Source: Trichinella spiralis
Lineage: Eukaryota
Assembly (NCBI RefSeq): GCF_000181795.1
Contig: NW_003526941.1
Coordinates: forward strand, 62,001 to 126,000
Length of the DNA: 64,000 bases
Reading direction: 5' to 3'
In this document: positions 1 through 17,300 of the stretch, piece after piece
How the letters are laid out: each line of letters begins with the position of its first letter
Position numbering within the stretch: the stretch's first letter is position 1
Position numbers and translations under genes: made by a program
The notes under the pieces: generated by a model
What the model was told of the DNA's origin: nothing
Seen by the model: the letters and a program-made list of their open reading frames with translations, nothing else
The model's database searches: none

Positions 1-152
1 AAATTAATAAAAACCATAGTATGTCACAAGAGCCTCTCCTTTCTTTTCAACGTTCGATATTACTACTGTTGAAGAAAAACAAACCACAAAATCTGATAAA
101 TCTTTAACAATTTTAAACATAACAGTACGTGCAAAACAAAACTTTATTTTCA

Positions 153-922
<770 letters not shown>

Positions 923-3900
923 TTACAAAAACTAAAATAAAAGGTTCAATCAATTTGATTGATAATGAAACCCGTTTCTATTGTTATTTCTCAATAAATG
1001 TCCAGTTTACAACATAACACATCTACCCATGGTTGTAACTGAAAAATATTAAGACATATCCACGCACGCGCGTAAAAAAAGCAACATAAAATTGTTATAA
1101 GAATCAATTAAAAAATATTTCTGCTAAAAAACTAAAAATAAAATTCGCAGGAATTAAAAAATATCAAATAAAATAACAGCAAAATAAAACAAAACAAGCG
1201 ACACAATAAGCAAAGTGATTAGACGAAAACCATACACTTTTATAAATTTAATCGTTAAAAAAACACGCCTAGCACACATACAAATTTCACGACAACACTC
1301 ACCGCGACACACAGAAAGATAAACGTCAAACTGATCGACATACAGTAAACTGACAAATAACCCTGTTTAAGAGAACCTGACTTACATATACACATCAATT
1401 CATACTGTTGTAATACGGTAGCTATAAATCTAACAAATTTAGAATAAAATTCAATAATAAAAATTAATAAATTTATAATAAAATTTATTTCAATAAAAAC
1501 AATTTTATTATTTAATAATTATCTATTTTTACCTTTTATTTTCATATCAGAATTATTAATTTTGGATACAAACATAATGATAGCAAATGAATAAATTAAA
1601 AAGAAATAATATTAATTAAAAAATATTTTAATATCATAATAAATTAATTTAATTGAAATTATATTGAAAATTCATTACTCATAACATACACTTGTTAAGC
1701 CGAACATTCATTTTAATAAAGCCATGAAGAAATTGAAAGTTTTAAAATAAATGTTAAATTAAAATACTTTCAAAATATTCTTTCTTTAAAACATATAGAC
1801 ATTATTACAATTCATTATTTCTTAAATTACAGTGAGATAAATATCGAAGTAAAACACAATGAAAAAATATTTTAAGCATGTCTTCATTGTATAATATTTT
1901 ATAGTAAAAATTGTTTGAATAGATCATTAAATTTTTTTATTGAAATAAATATGCTTTAGCTGAATTTTTAGAAAACCTGAATTTTCAATTGTGTATACTG
2001 TAGTATCCATCGAGCTGACTATTTGGTGATGCCAACTGTTACGTTTTAAACATCTCATTCAGATAGTATTTTTCATCAAATGTCAAATACTTGTTTCGAT
2101 TGAATTTTCCAGTTTTCACTTTTTTGTAAGTTTGAATACAAAATTTTGATATGTAATATAAACTAAAGAATACTATCCCGTAATGAATCACTTCTGTCAT
2201 GCTGAGCTTGTACTTGCTTGTAGCTTTTCCTTTTATTTACCTATTTAGCAAGTGTATACAGACTAGTTTATTGCAAAGTCAACATTTCTTTTCATAGCGA
2301 AGCGAACGCTGGCTAGAAGGTCTCATCGCACGAATCACATACACTGCTTTGGTTGAAAAGAGTTTTAAAAAATGTTTCCTGATTGCTAGCTGTGTCTTTC
2401 ATTTATTCTTTTCAAATATAAACATAATGAAAGGATCCATTATAGTATTGGAAGAATACGGGAAACAGTTTTTATGCGAAAGGCTTCAATTTATTTCACA
2501 CAACAGTTCATTAGTCGAGACGAAATTATGCATCCTGTGAAAATTTGAAAGTTCGTAATTTTGGCCGAAAATTATTCATACTTTACAATGCTCCATTGCG
2601 TTAGCCTTTCAAAAATTGATTATCATTTACTGATTCCCATGGTGAAGTCAGGTTAGGTACCTTTTCTACATGAATAAAAATATTGGCCTTGAAGTGATGC
2701 CAATTTAAAACAGTTGTTAGTGAAAAGCTGTTAATTGAAGTGGATGGAATTGGAAATTGGAATTTGATGAATGAAAATTCAAAATGAAATTCTTTTCTTA
2801 TAACGGTTATTGATAATTAACTCAATTTTTAGCTTATTAAACACAGTTGTATCAGTTTCACTGTTCTGGACTGAATGTGAAGAAAGTGGCAATTTTGCGT
2901 ATAGAATGCAATGGCAAAGAAAATAAGAAAAAAAAACAGTTTCATCGAAATATTTTCAAAATGATAATGTTTGAGTAACGTTGAAAAAAATTTTTTATAC
3001 GTATTTTTAAAACATTTGAAAATTTTAATGTAACAGTAATAATTTTTATGTATGTCAGATATTATTTGAATAGAAGAAGAAGAAGAATGTAAAAAGCAGT
3101 TGATTGAATGAAAGATTATCTGTATTTCTTGATTATGTTAATTGATTTTTGGAAAGGTGGAACAAGAAATAGAAGTTACAGTGAGAGAATTCTACTGATT
3201 GTCTGTCTATTAGTAAACGGTACGGATCATTGTCCACATAATCGTTACGCAGCACATTGACCGGCCTAACGACCTTAGTGTACAGTAAAATGAAGAAATG
3301 AGATTACAATGATGGGTCGATCGGTCGTCCGGTCGAGTCTTGCTCACGCGCCTCTCTCATTTCCCGCTTTTGCCGTTGTCCTTGCTTGCTTTACCTGTCC
3401 GCGCCCGGTATTAAAGATACCACCCGGACGACGACCCCAAACAGCAACAGCTGAAATGCTTTGCTTTGTTGACATTTTCCTTGCTATTCTTTAAATCACA
3501 GCTAGTCAGCAGTTGCAGTTACATCAGATGGATACTTACATCCGATGATCCGCTTTTTCTCATTTCCATCAGTCAGTTTTGTAAAGCGAACTGTGAAATT
3601 TTGCCTCACCAAATGTACTCAGCCAGTCAACACATCACGGTCTGTTTGTTGCTAGGCTTCTGGTTTCGGTACCTGTCTGTGTTTGTTATAAATTTTTGTG
3701 TCACTGGGGCATCTATTTTACTACTCGTCCGCATTGGACCCTCTTCACTGGATACTAGTAATCTATTAAAAATACTATTCAACATTCTTTCAATATCTCT
3801 CTCCCAATGAAATAATGTAAGTAGTAAATATTTAATGAAAAAACAGATTCTTTTATAAAAATAATACCACAGCATAATAATTTGTATAAATTTTGTATAC

Positions 3901-4345
3901 AAAGTTTTGTTCTTTCATCGTACATTGTTGATTGATAATTTGGCTTATTGTTCAATAATTTCCAATTTTTTTGTACAACTTAAAATTGGAAATTGAGTTA
4001 TTTTTGTGAAAATGTGGTGGTACAGCTGAATTTTTTTTCTCCGTGTCATTGCTATTTGATCGTCCTCGGCATCGTTAATTTCTCAATTCTTGAAAAGTAT
4101 TTCAACCTTGAAAATTATTTTCTACATTATGTTAGAAAAAAAAAACACCATACGCATTTTATTTCCTTAATCAGTTGTGTGTGTGTGTGTGCGTGTGTGT
4201 GGTGGTAAACTATCTTGATTATAGCTAAACTTGATTTCGTTGCTATTTCATTTATCGTATGCTTGAAATTTTTGTAGAGTTGGTTGGAGAAGAGACGTGT
4301 TATCAGTATTGTTAGATTAGTTGTTTTGTATTTTTGAAAAGTGGA

Positions 4346-5650
4346 ATGGAAGCAACAGCTTTGGAAAGTGATTCAGGCAATACGAATATGGCAGTAATCC
4401 GAGTAGCTTCACCATCTTCGGTGATGATGAACAGTGGTGGTGTCAGCAGCGTTAGTAGTCAACTATCATCGTCGGATTGTTGTACAAGTGGTGGTGGTGG
4501 TGGTGGTGGTATTGGAGTTGGTAGTGGATGTGGTGGTGGTGGTAGTGGTAATGGACATCCGTTTGCGGAAAATTGGTGTTTCACACAAGTGAAAGTTATA
4601 AAATTCAGCTACATGTGGACAATAAACAATTTCAGCTTTTGTCGTGAAGAGATGGGTGAAGTGTTGAAAAGCAGCACATTTTCAGCTGGTTCCAATGACC
4701 GATTGAAATGGTGCTTGCGAATCAATCCGAAAGGTTTGGATGAAGAAAGCAAAGATTATTTGTCGTTGTATTTGTTGTTGGTGCACTGTTATAAAAATGA
4801 AGTCCGAGCGAAATTCAAATTCAGCATTTTGAACGCGAAACGCGAAGAGACAAAAGCTATGGAAAGTCAGCGGGCTTATCGGTTTGTCCAAGGCAAAGAT
4901 TGGGGTTTCAAAAAGTTCATCAGACGAGATTTTCTATTGGACGAGATGAACGGCTTACTTCCGGATGACAAATTGACAATATTCTGCGAAGTTAGTGTCG
5001 TTTCAGATACGGTGAACGTGACCGGTCAAAGTGCTGTGTCCCAGTTCAACGTGCCGGATTGTCGTTTAGCCGACGATCTGTGCGAATTGTTGGACTCGCA
5101 GAGGTTCAGCGATTTTTGTCTTTTGGTCCATGGACAAGAGTTCCGCGTGCACAAAGCCATTTTGGCAGCCAGGAGTGCCGTGTTTGCGGCAATGTTCGAA
5201 CACGAAATGGAAGAGAGAAAATTGAACCGTGTGGTCATCACTGACGTCGACGCCGAAGTGATGGCCAACATGTTGCGCTATATCTACACTGGTCAGGCGC
5301 CGCCGAATCTCGAATCAATTGCCGACGATCTGCTGGCTGCGGCCGACAAATATGCATTGGAAAGGTTGAAGGTGATGTGCGAGCAAGCTTTGTGCGCTGG
5401 GCTTACGGTGGAAAATGCATGCGACACACTGATTTTGGCCGACTTGCACAGCGCTGATCAGCTCAAGCAACAAGCTATCCTATACATCAATACCAACGCC
5501 GCTGAGGTTATCGAATCGACCGGCTGGAACACGCTTGTCAACAAATATCCTCAACTCCTTGCTGAAGCTTTCAAAGCTCTGGCTACTCAGCAAACTCTGC
5601 CTTTGTTGATGATGATGGGTCCCTGTCGAAAGCGCTCAAAACAAACCTAG
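4346..5650 (+). CDS. SPOP: Speckle-type POZ protein (MATH-BTB-BACK Cullin-3 adaptor, SPOP/roadkill), intronless CDS
   Basis: [36 protein letters not shown] domain, [29 protein letters not shown]-terminal [12 protein letters not shown]; first ATG at 4346; N-terminal GGT-encoded poly-Gly tract. Confidence 0.95.
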   Translation: MEATALESDSGNTNMAVIRVASPSSVMMNSGGVSSVSSQLSSSDCCTSGGGGGGGIGVGSGCGGGGSGNGHPFAENWCFTQVKVIKFSYMWTINNFSFCREEMGEVLKSSTFSAGSNDRLKWCLRINPKGLDEESKDYLSLYLLLVHCYKNEVRAKFKFSILNAKREETKAMESQRAYRFVQGKDWGFKKFIRRDFLLDEMNGLLPDDKLTIFCEVSVVSDTVNVTGQSAVSQFNVPDCRLADDLCELLDSQRFSDFCLLVHGQEFRVHKAILAARSAVFAAMFEHEMEERKLNRVVITDVDAEVMANMLRYIYTGQAPPNLESIADDLLAAADKYALERLKVMCEQALCAGLTVENACDTLILADLHSADQLKQQAILYINTNAAEVIESTGWNTLVNKYPQLLAEAFKALATQQTLPLLMMMGPCRKRSKQT

Positions 5651-7993
5651 TTTCTCTCACTCCCTCACCCACATCCACATCCACACACACACACACTCTC
5701 ATTCCCTCCCTCTCTGCTTGTCACAAATCACACTTTTTTCACTGTTTCTTCATTTTTTTCTCTCCTCTGGATACTGTTTACAATCTTTTATTACATTCAG
5801 ATCTTTTTTTTGTTGTTGTTTCATTGTTTTTTTCAACCAACGGTTAACTAACGGACAGAAAAAGGCTTTTCGTCTTCTTCTTTTCAAATCACTATTTACA
5901 ACTTCAACATGTACAAATTGCTTTTCCATTTTTCCCTGGCATATTTTTGAAATCTATTTTTACATTTTCCTATTTTTTCAATTTCTTTTCGGTGCTACAC
6001 ACATTTTACGACTATTTTTCCATTTTAGCTTTTCAAATGTTCTGTGCTAGAGACATATAAAATAAATCATGTCTTTTTAATTTCAGTACAATCGATCTTC
6101 CTATTTATTCATTTATTTTCAAAAATACTTGCACTTCATACTAGTAATTCGTTCAAACTACTACTACTGCTACTACTTAACTGCGACCGAAATCTCTACA
6201 TAATTTGAAAATACATACATAAATAATATTCTATTATCACATTTCACTCCCTCACTCTCTCTCCCTCTCTTTCTCTCACATCATCAAATAATTAATTGTG
6301 CACATAATATAAGACATTCGCTGTCTTTGTTTTAAATAAAACAACAATACAATTAAAATTAATAAAATTGAACGCAATAAAAATTTCCAATGATCATCTT
6401 TATAAAATTACAATTCGCTTTGTCTTTATATACATTGTACAAAGTAAGAAGAGCTTATAATTCATTTCGTAATTTGTAACAAATATGAAGTATAAAAAAT
6501 AATGACAAATTACATTGAATTTTTAATTTATGCTATTCAACAGTTAATAGCTCAATCATTTACATTTCGTTTCTAAAACAACAAGTACCGGATTTAGAAA
6601 TTCACATTGGTCATCTGTTATTTTGCTCTTTCTACCATAAAATTATGCTAACTATTTATGAATGAAAAATATTCTTGTAAAAACGAACCAACTTCTATTG
6701 TTCCGTGACTTAATACAGAAAGCTGATACGACAACAAAATCAAATTAAGTTCGTCCGTTAAAAGCATAACTTTGTCACCATAATTTCATCTCAGAGAACA
6801 ACACGGATGATAAAACAGTTAAAATTAAAAAGTAACCGTCATCAATTTCAAGTGTGCAGCATGGGAATTATATCGAAAGAAAAAAACAATATGAGGTAAA
6901 TAAATACCAGAAATATTAGAAGCTGTGTAAAACCACATAAACTGTATGATCAGTTACAAACGAATTGATGCAAATCACATTTTCAAGATTCTTAATTAAT
7001 AAAGTGATTACTAATACTGAAATCATTCTTAACAAATAAAAAATCTGTCACACAAACACTTCTTCAATTAATATAATAAATTTTAACACAACTTGAAATT
7101 ATTCTACTGTACTTAACAAAACTTGAGAATCCACAAAATACAGTAATACAAAAGTATTTTCCAATTAGACAAAATTATTTGCAAAGATATTTAAAATATT
7201 CCTTTATTAATTTATTTCTAAAACAAAAATGAACTCAATTTAAAACTAAAACTTATAACACATCATACGTACAATATACTTTTTCCGATCTGGTTTTATT
7301 GATTGATAAATACGTGTGCACCTATTCACTACATGAAGTGGGAAGAAGCTCGTTGAAAATGACTGAACGTATACATGGAAAAGTTTAAACGTAATAGCAC
7401 AAACTTTTTAAAGCAGATTCCAATTCTAAACTGAGAAAACGTATATTTCGTTTCATTTCTCACTACTGATTTTTCATTAGCAAAAAATTCCTATACTAGA
7501 TTCTACGCAAATAATAATCTCTTCATTTTTAATTCAAATAAATTGGAAAAACTTGTTTTCTCATAAGAAATAAGAAAAGCAAACAGCTGTTAGGAAACAA
7601 CTGCACTGAAGCAGATGCAATTGACGCATATATTTACTAAAGTTTCAGACAAATACGCTGGATAAAGCACATACTTCTCTGCGTGTTTATTCGATTTCCA
7701 TTATGAATATTGCCCTGACAACACAAGTTATATGAAAACTGATAAACTCGACTGATATTCTACCTTTATTGAACCGATTCAAACATACCCTGAAACATTC
7801 ACTGGAATCTAAATATCGACAAATTTGAAACAATATCAAAACTAAATACTAAAAAAATTCGAACGCACAAAATAATATCACTGAATTGGGAAATAATTCT
7901 TCTGATCATCATGCGATGCTCTGAAAATTTAAACCAATACTAAATTTATGTAAAATCTACCCTAAATATACGAACGGATCTTTTTCAATAATT

Positions 7994-9118
<1,125 letters not shown>

Positions 9119-10957
9119 CTATTGATTACCTCAGCTCAGCTATCGTACATTGATGAACAGGTTCAAATTGAATTTTATGAGTCAACACAAAATTAGGACA
9201 AATGTATAAATTAGTAAAGCATTTAAAATAAATTACAATTATAGAATATTGAACAAAATATACATATCAACCCACAGTAGGGAAATTTTATTTGTAAACA
9301 AGATGCTACCGTACGATTGTTTACGCATACTATATTGTTTTTCTGAAATATATTGTGAAAAATTGAAAATTTTAAGAAACAGAGACGAAACCAGCGCAGA
9401 TAAAATTATTTTCTAATCACACTAAAACTGAATTTTCACCAAATAAATAATATCACTTGGATACTATTTTTTAATACTATGCACACAATAACTTCTCAAA
9501 AGTAGAAATGTTTTATAAATAATATCGCCAATTTTACATTAAAAGTGTCTCATGATCCATTTATTTCATAGATAACTAAACAAATTCACGATGATGGCTG
9601 TCAGTTTTTAAATACTGTATGGAAACCCGTAATGTTCAAATTAGCCAATTTTCAAGTAAACTTGTTTTCATTTGCAAAACGAGTTTTGTTGAATTTTTTG
9701 TATGAAATGCTTAACAAATGTAATTTTTTACTGCAGTTACGATGTTCATACTACTAGGCAAACAAAACTGAAATAAATGCATATACAATGTTTTCATCAC
9801 AACATCCGTCAGTGAAATCAAGAAACAAAGTTTAAAACAATAATAATAATTCTTATTAACCAGCTAATGAAATAAAATATTTTGAAGAAATCTATTCTTT
9901 TTCACCTTATTTGTAAACCATCAAACTATGTTATTGTAAGTTCACTTACACTGCAACAACACTTAATAAACATCATTAGTAAAGTATATTTGAACATTTA
10001 AAATTTCATTTACCTGTTTCAGTAGTATCGATGAAACTTTGCGTGTCTGATGTTGAACTAGGAGAAAACTGTACGTGCTGAACGCATAACGATGATTAAA
10101 CAAATGAGAATGAAATTATTTATCATGTAGATAAGACGATGAATATCATGATTGATGAGTTAGTTCAATATGCATCATGGTCAGGGCACAATTTAGTTTG
10201 TGCAATACAACTGTTATGAATGAACTCATATTTTCTAAAAATTACACACACATTCATCACATTCCAATTGTGCTAAATGATCATTTCATCTTTTGCGAAT
10301 ACTTGTTATAATTATCTTACCTCTTTTATGCAAATTTTACATACTTCATTATTTTCCATTTGCCTACTTCATGCAAATTTTATTTCGTAGATGTTATGTA
10401 AATTTTCAATCCATTTGTACAAACTGTGATGGACGTTTATGAAAATTTCAATTCATTTATACATACAGAAATCAATATAGAAAAATAATATTAGCCGAAG
10501 TGCATGAACATTAATGAAACAGCCTAAAATTATAAAACATGAAACAAAAATGTAAAAAGAGTGATGTAAAAAGTGTACAGATTCAAAAGTTTAGTTGGAA
10601 TTGCATCTAATAATTCATTTAAAGAATATTGGAAAAGAACATTCATTTATTTACAATGAAATATGAAAATTTTTAATGATTATTTTTTAATGACTTCTGA
10701 AATTAATCAATTAATTAATTTTTCTCTTCTGTCAAAACAAATCCAATCGTCTATCTGTTTGCTAGAATTTTTCAATGGCAGAAACTAATTATAAAAAATT
10801 TTAATTATGACAATTTTTTGAAATATTTAAGCATATTTTTTATTGATTAATTCCATTAACAAACATATGACGTTCTTTATAATTGTTGTACTTGAATTTT
10901 AAATTTTTATTACAGTGTTTGTTATCAGCAGAATTTATTTTCCTTGTCTAACGCAGA

Positions 10958-13247
10958 ATGTCTAGGGTTTTTTGGCAGGTGCCCAAATACTTTTCTGCCT
11001 CTTCACGAATTCGAGAAGAAATTGTAATGTATTGAATTAATTTTGATTCGGTCGTTTATCGTTTTCTATTTTAGGCACTCTCACAACGAGGCATATTTAG
11101 TTGGAAATCTTACTCTGTATGTTTATCAATCTATATCGTTTGCTTATATTTTTTCAATTCATATATTCAGCTTACATTTTTGCACCTGATTTGTTTTCCT
11201 TTCTTTTAGAACATGACATCTGATTTTCGTATTGAGAGAGACACTTTTGGAGAGCTGAAGGTACCATCTGATAAATATTATGGTGCACAGACAGCTCGTT
11301 CGTTGATGAATTTTGACATCGGTGGTTCAAACGAACGAATGCCAGTAAGCTAATACAATATATATCTAAAAGTAAAACAAAAACATTTAGTTCAACAGAC
11401 AGCTTCTATTATTAATTTTCAGTTTTACATAAAGTTTTGTAACTTGTTGTAGAAATTATTCTACTTTTCAGATGCTTGATTTATTTTACTATTTGTTAAA
11501 ATTTATGTTACATAAGTTTTTTGTTTTGAAAACTGAAATGATTACCTATTGATGAATATTGTAGTTGCCGATAATTCATGCTTTTGGCGTTTTGAAAAAA
11601 GCAGCTGCAATTGTGAATAAAGCTCGCGGTTTGGATGCCGTGCTATCCGATGCAATTGTTAAAGCTGCAGATGAAGTTATTGAGGGAAAACTGGACGACC
11701 ATTTCCCATTAGTGATCTGGCAAACAGGATCAGGTACACAGTCCAATATGAATGTCAACGAAGTAATTTCCAATCGAGCTATTGAAATACTGGGTGGTCA
11801 GCTTGGATCCAAAAATCCGGTCCATCCCAATGACCATGTCAACATGGCACAGGTAGGGATTTTTTACTAATACATGCACGACGTTTTTTGTTCCGTTTCT
11901 ATGGATGAGTTTATAATTTTTCTCAATTTGACTGTCTATAAAAAATTGTAGAGTTCTAATGATACGTATCCAACAGCCATGCATATTTCTACAGCTGTGG
12001 AAATCCATAAATTGCTCTTGCCAAACTTGAAGAAGCTGCATGAAGCATTGGAAAATAAAGCAAAAGAATTTGCTAGCATAATTAAAATTGGGCGTACGCA
12101 TACGCAGGTAAACAATGGTTGCTTCTGTGTTTCTATATTTTGTTACACAGAATGGCGAAGATTTGCAGGATGCAGTACCGCTTAGTTTGGGGCAAGAATT
12201 TTCCGGTTACGCACAGCAAATTGCATACGGAATAGAACGTGTTAATGCTACTTTGCCTCGTCTTTATGAACTAGCATTAGGTGGAACTGCAGTTGGAACT
12301 GGACTTAATACCTACAAAGGTAAAGATGTTCTTGGAATAAAAATAATAACAAAACTGAAATGAAGTATTCTTAGTTTATTTAAAATTATAATGATGGAAA
12401 ATGGATAGTGTAGCTATTATGCTCACGTGAAATTTATAAAATAAAATAAAATAAAATAAAAACTTTTATAGCATTCTAATAATAATTTTAATGTATTATG
12501 CAGGATTTGCTGAAAAAGCTGCTGCAGAAATTGCCAAGCAAACCGGATTACCGTTTAAAAGCGCTCCAAACAAATTTGAAGCTTTGGCAGCCCACGATAC
12601 GATGGTTGAAGTGCATGGAGCTTTGAATGTGATCGCTTGTAGCTTGATGAAAATTGCGAATGATATCCGATTCTTGGGATCAGGACCACGATCAGGCCTT
12701 GGAGAACTGATTTTGCCGGAAAATGAACCTGGAAGTAGCATCATGCCAGGTTGTAGTTTTTAATTATTTTTACTTTTATTCATCGTTGTTAGGTGCATTT
12801 TGTTGATTCTGTTGCATTTTAGGAAAAGTCAATCCAACTCAGTGCGAAGCAGTGACAATGGTTGCTGCTCAGGTGATTGGCAATCAAGTTGCTGTTAGTG
12901 TCGGTGGTTCAAATGGTCATTTCGAATTGAATGTGTTCAAACCATTAATTGTATCCAACGTATTGCGATCGATTCGACTGATTTCTGACTGTAGTCGATC
13001 ATTCACTGATCATTGTGTCATTGGTATTCAAGCAAATCATGGCCGTATCAAGAAGTTAATGAATGAATCACTGATGTTAGTTACCGCGTTGAATCCACAT
13101 ATTGGTTATGACAAAGCTGCACAAATAGCCAAACTGGGTCACAAAGAAGGAATTACTTTGAAAGAAGCAGCTTTGAAATTGGGATTTCTTACTGCTGATC
13201 AGTTTGATCAATGGGTGAAGCCAGAAGAAATGTTAGGCCCCAAATGA
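10958..13247 (+). CDS. FH: Fumarate hydratase (class II), multi-exon, with N-terminal presequence-like exons
   Basis: Exons 10958-11023, 11075-11116, 11210-~11344 (RIERDTFGE...YYGAQT), then [28 protein letters not shown] and [15 protein letters not shown] across further GT-AG exons. Confidence 0.96.
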
Positions 13248-14348
13248 CTGATTGACAACAATAACGGCTTTGCGTATTATTTATATTTAGTTAGGTTATT
13301 TTATTTAAGCTGTCAGTTTACAAGTTCACCATAGTTGAAAGAATATTTACAAGGTTAATGGAACAACATTTCATATTACTTTCGTTCTTTTTTCGACAAA
13401 ACATTATAATAGCAGTATTATTATTATTATTATGGGAATGATAAGTGCAAGTACAAAATGAAAAATATTTTGACTTGGAATAAAACGTTTGCATTATATA
13501 AATAATATATTGTCGTAATGATGAATGTTCTGGTGATACTGTGTTGCAGATACACCAAAACTCTGTTCAAAGTGCTAAATAATCAAACATAATGAATGAT
13601 GATGATGATGATGATAGATAACGAGTTACATTTTTGTTATTTATAGTATAATTTTAGGGAAAAAATTTTCTCACATCAGTCAAACATTAATATCAAATGC
13701 ATAGTTTAAAAAATATCAAAAAACAAAATAATTGTAATAATGCATTTATGCACGATATGAAAAGCTTGTTTATTATGAAAAAAATTCTCTAACCTGATAA
13801 CATTTGCAGACACTGTTCGTTAATAATGCTGTTTGTACAAACAAATTGACGTTCATTGCGCTTCGGTGTTGCTTTGCTGCTGCTTGCTTTCCGACTACAC
13901 ATTGTTCACAACATTACAGTGCAGTAATAAAAGTCGAATTAATTATCACCGCTTCAATTTCTCAAGCAGACTAGATAAATATTAAAATTTGCATATATGA
14001 AAGAATGAATGAATATAAATCAAGTGCAAAATGTTGGTTATGAACAACAATAACAATGATAATCAAATTTCATTTTAATTTACTCGAACACCGATAATGA
14101 AAGTAAACAATAAAATGCACACCTCAGAAATGGCTGAAAATTGGATAAGTGAAATTAGTGGATAAAATTTAATGAAATGTAAATAAATGTCTTTAATGTG
14201 TTTCATGAGCTGAGCTTCAAAAATTTACCTTAAATTACACGCTATAAGCATTTTCATTTTCATGTGCAAAATAATATAAAAATACTTTCAGAAAGGCATC
14301 AGAAACACCAAAAGAAAGAAAGAAAGAAAGAAAAAAAGAAAGCTAAAA

Positions 14349-17300
14349 TCAATCTTTTGGCATTATACCAGTGGATATTTTTTCTTCATATTCTGTTTGC
14401 AAATTAGCCATTCTCTAAAAACAGAAATTACTAAATTATTACTAAATTCACTTATTGCAATAATGGTAAAATAATAAAGAATTTTCAATAATGAACACGA
14501 TTGAACTTGTCAATTATTCATTGTTTTGATGAACTTTTAAATTGAAGTGATGAAACTGAATAAATTTTAAAAATTAAAACAACAACAACAATATAGCTAG
14601 CTATCGTATAAAATTATAAAAATTGAATAGCAAAAAATACCGTTTCAAATTGCTTAATGCAATTTCTTTTCAATTCATCATGTGAATTGACAATTTCATC
14701 AGCACGAGATGCACGAATAGATTCCAATCTTTTACGCAATTCCACGCCATTTTTAATAAAACGTTCTTCGGTTTCTCGTTTCAGTTTACCCAATCGGCCA
14801 TCCACATTGGAATTTGATGAACCGATCGACTGAATTAAATTTTCCATTTCCATTTTACGCTTTTCCTGCAGTGCATTCATTGAATCTTCCACAGTTCTGA
14901 AAGTGCTTGAATTGAAAAAAAAGAAGCATCAAAACATCAATCATCCATTTACAACCAACCTTTCATATATAACATTCAACATTTGAATATTCATTTTGCA
15001 AGAATGGCCTACAAGTTTCATCAATTGATCAAACAGAGCAATTTCCATATTCTTCATCAAAAGCCACTGCTGCTTCCAATGTTTCGAACACAGCATCTCC
15101 ATAGGAGTCAAATTTGGACATTTCGAATCTGCCAGCTGAAGAAAAGTACTCATTAAGCTCAAATTAAGCAAAAACATACAACTGAACTGAATTAAAGCAA
15201 AATTAAATATGCAGCATTGATTTTCAAATAAAAAACACAAACGCAAGGTAAATTTTTTTATACTAAACTGTTTCATTTGAAGCACCAGATGATCGACTGA
15301 CAAAATGTGATTCTTGGGAACCCGTTGAAAGTTTCCTGAGATAAAATTATAACCGTCTCTGACAACAACAACTGAACAATTTCATCATCAAACATACCTG
15401 GGAATGCAAGCGAAAGCTTTTTGCAAAGTAGACACATCTACTTGACGAGAAAAAGACGACTGAATATCACCTTCCCCTTTATTAGTCTTCTTTTGCAACG
15501 CTGACCGTTCCTGTGTACAAAAAAGCAAAAATCAATATTGCAACCGCCATCAGTGAAAATATAGTTCTATATATATATATATATATATATATAACATTAT
15601 AAACAAACAATTTTTACCATTGCAATTAAAAAATAGTCTCATTATATTATAATATAACAGAATGTTTCGCTTTTCGTTTCTAATAATTAAACATTTTAGC
15701 ATGTAAATATAAAATATAATTAGAAAATTCAACAAGAGTACATAGTTAGAAGCGACAGTTACTTTAGCATGCTTGCTCTGCAGATTCTCTAAATCTTTTC
15801 CAAACTTTTTCCGAAGTTTAACATATTTCGCATTAGCTTTGAGCATGTCTTCCGTAGGAGTTTGAATTGTATAACTTTTTAATAGAAGACTAGGTAGGGG
15901 TGTAGAAAAGTCAAATTTTCGATCAGAGGATGTCGGCAAATCAGCCAACATTTTTGTCAAGTCTGAATAAATTCGATGGTCTAAAAAAATTACTCAAAAT
16001 GACACTGCTCATACATTGAAAAAATGTTTCATCTCAAATGGTGAAATATAAATTTCAATACATAATCATATTCACTGGAAAAGATTAATAATTGATCATA
16101 CGTTTCAGAATAATAGCCCCTGATGAGCGACTTCTTTCTAAAACGGGGCTTGGAATCATTTTGGACAAAACCGGCATGCAGTTTTTTCTTTTCGCTTCTT
16201 CGAAAACATTCGAAACACCACCATTGAAAGATTCTTAAATTAAATTACATATATTATGTTAATTCTCTTTTTTTCCATATTATTTTTTTATATTAACTTA
16301 CTTTCATGAAACACATTGGATGACACTTTGGAAAATAAAAAGCATAAACATTCGTTATCAGTTTACAGATATTATTCAAATAGAAAAATAATAACCAAGA
16401 AGGATAAATGTTTTCACTTTTACAAAACAAATATCATCATAACATAATTAAATACATCCATTATTCAGTCAGTTTTACAAAAAAGTACAACAATAGAATT
16501 TATTGTAAAGTTTACATAAATCATAAATCGATATTAAAGGTTAAATTCGCTTCATTTATCCACAAAATGAACAATTCATCATCGCCTGATGCAATATGTT
16601 GCAATGGGATTATATTTCTAATGAACTAAGAAACAAGAATTTTTTTTAATTTGTAGATATATACAGGAAAAAATATTATTAACTAAATGAACAAAGAAAA
16701 ACAAAACTAAATGTAAATTTCATAATTACCCATTTCCTCATCTTCGATCATCTTTTTCAACAGGGATTCTCGATTTATCGCTGCTTTGGAATATTGAATA
16801 GGGTTCGAAAGGGCATCAGCAAAAGCTACAAAAATTCTTTTAACACACATTTCAGGCAATAATAAATAAACATTAAAATAAATAAATAAATAAATTAATT
16901 AATTATTAATTAATTAACAACAAAATATACAATAGCCAAAAAAGCGGTATATTTAATCAAATATGCATTATTCGAATTTGAAATTGCAAATAACAATGAC
17001 AAAAATGTTCAGCTCACTGTATTACATGTTATAGGTATTTCATCATGTTAATTTTACATTTAAAAATGTCCAGATAACAACACTGCATGCATGCTTCATT
17101 CAAATTACAAATTTCCATTTAAAATAAATCAGAAACATACACACAAAAGTAATATTGAAAAAAAACAACAATAGAAAATAAAATATTTATGATTCAATTC
17201 CTTTTCATATTTTATCTACGTACCCAAATGAATAACAGGAACAAAGTCAGTAACTTTGATATGTACAAATAACGTTGCCATTGACAGAGGTTTGTTCATT

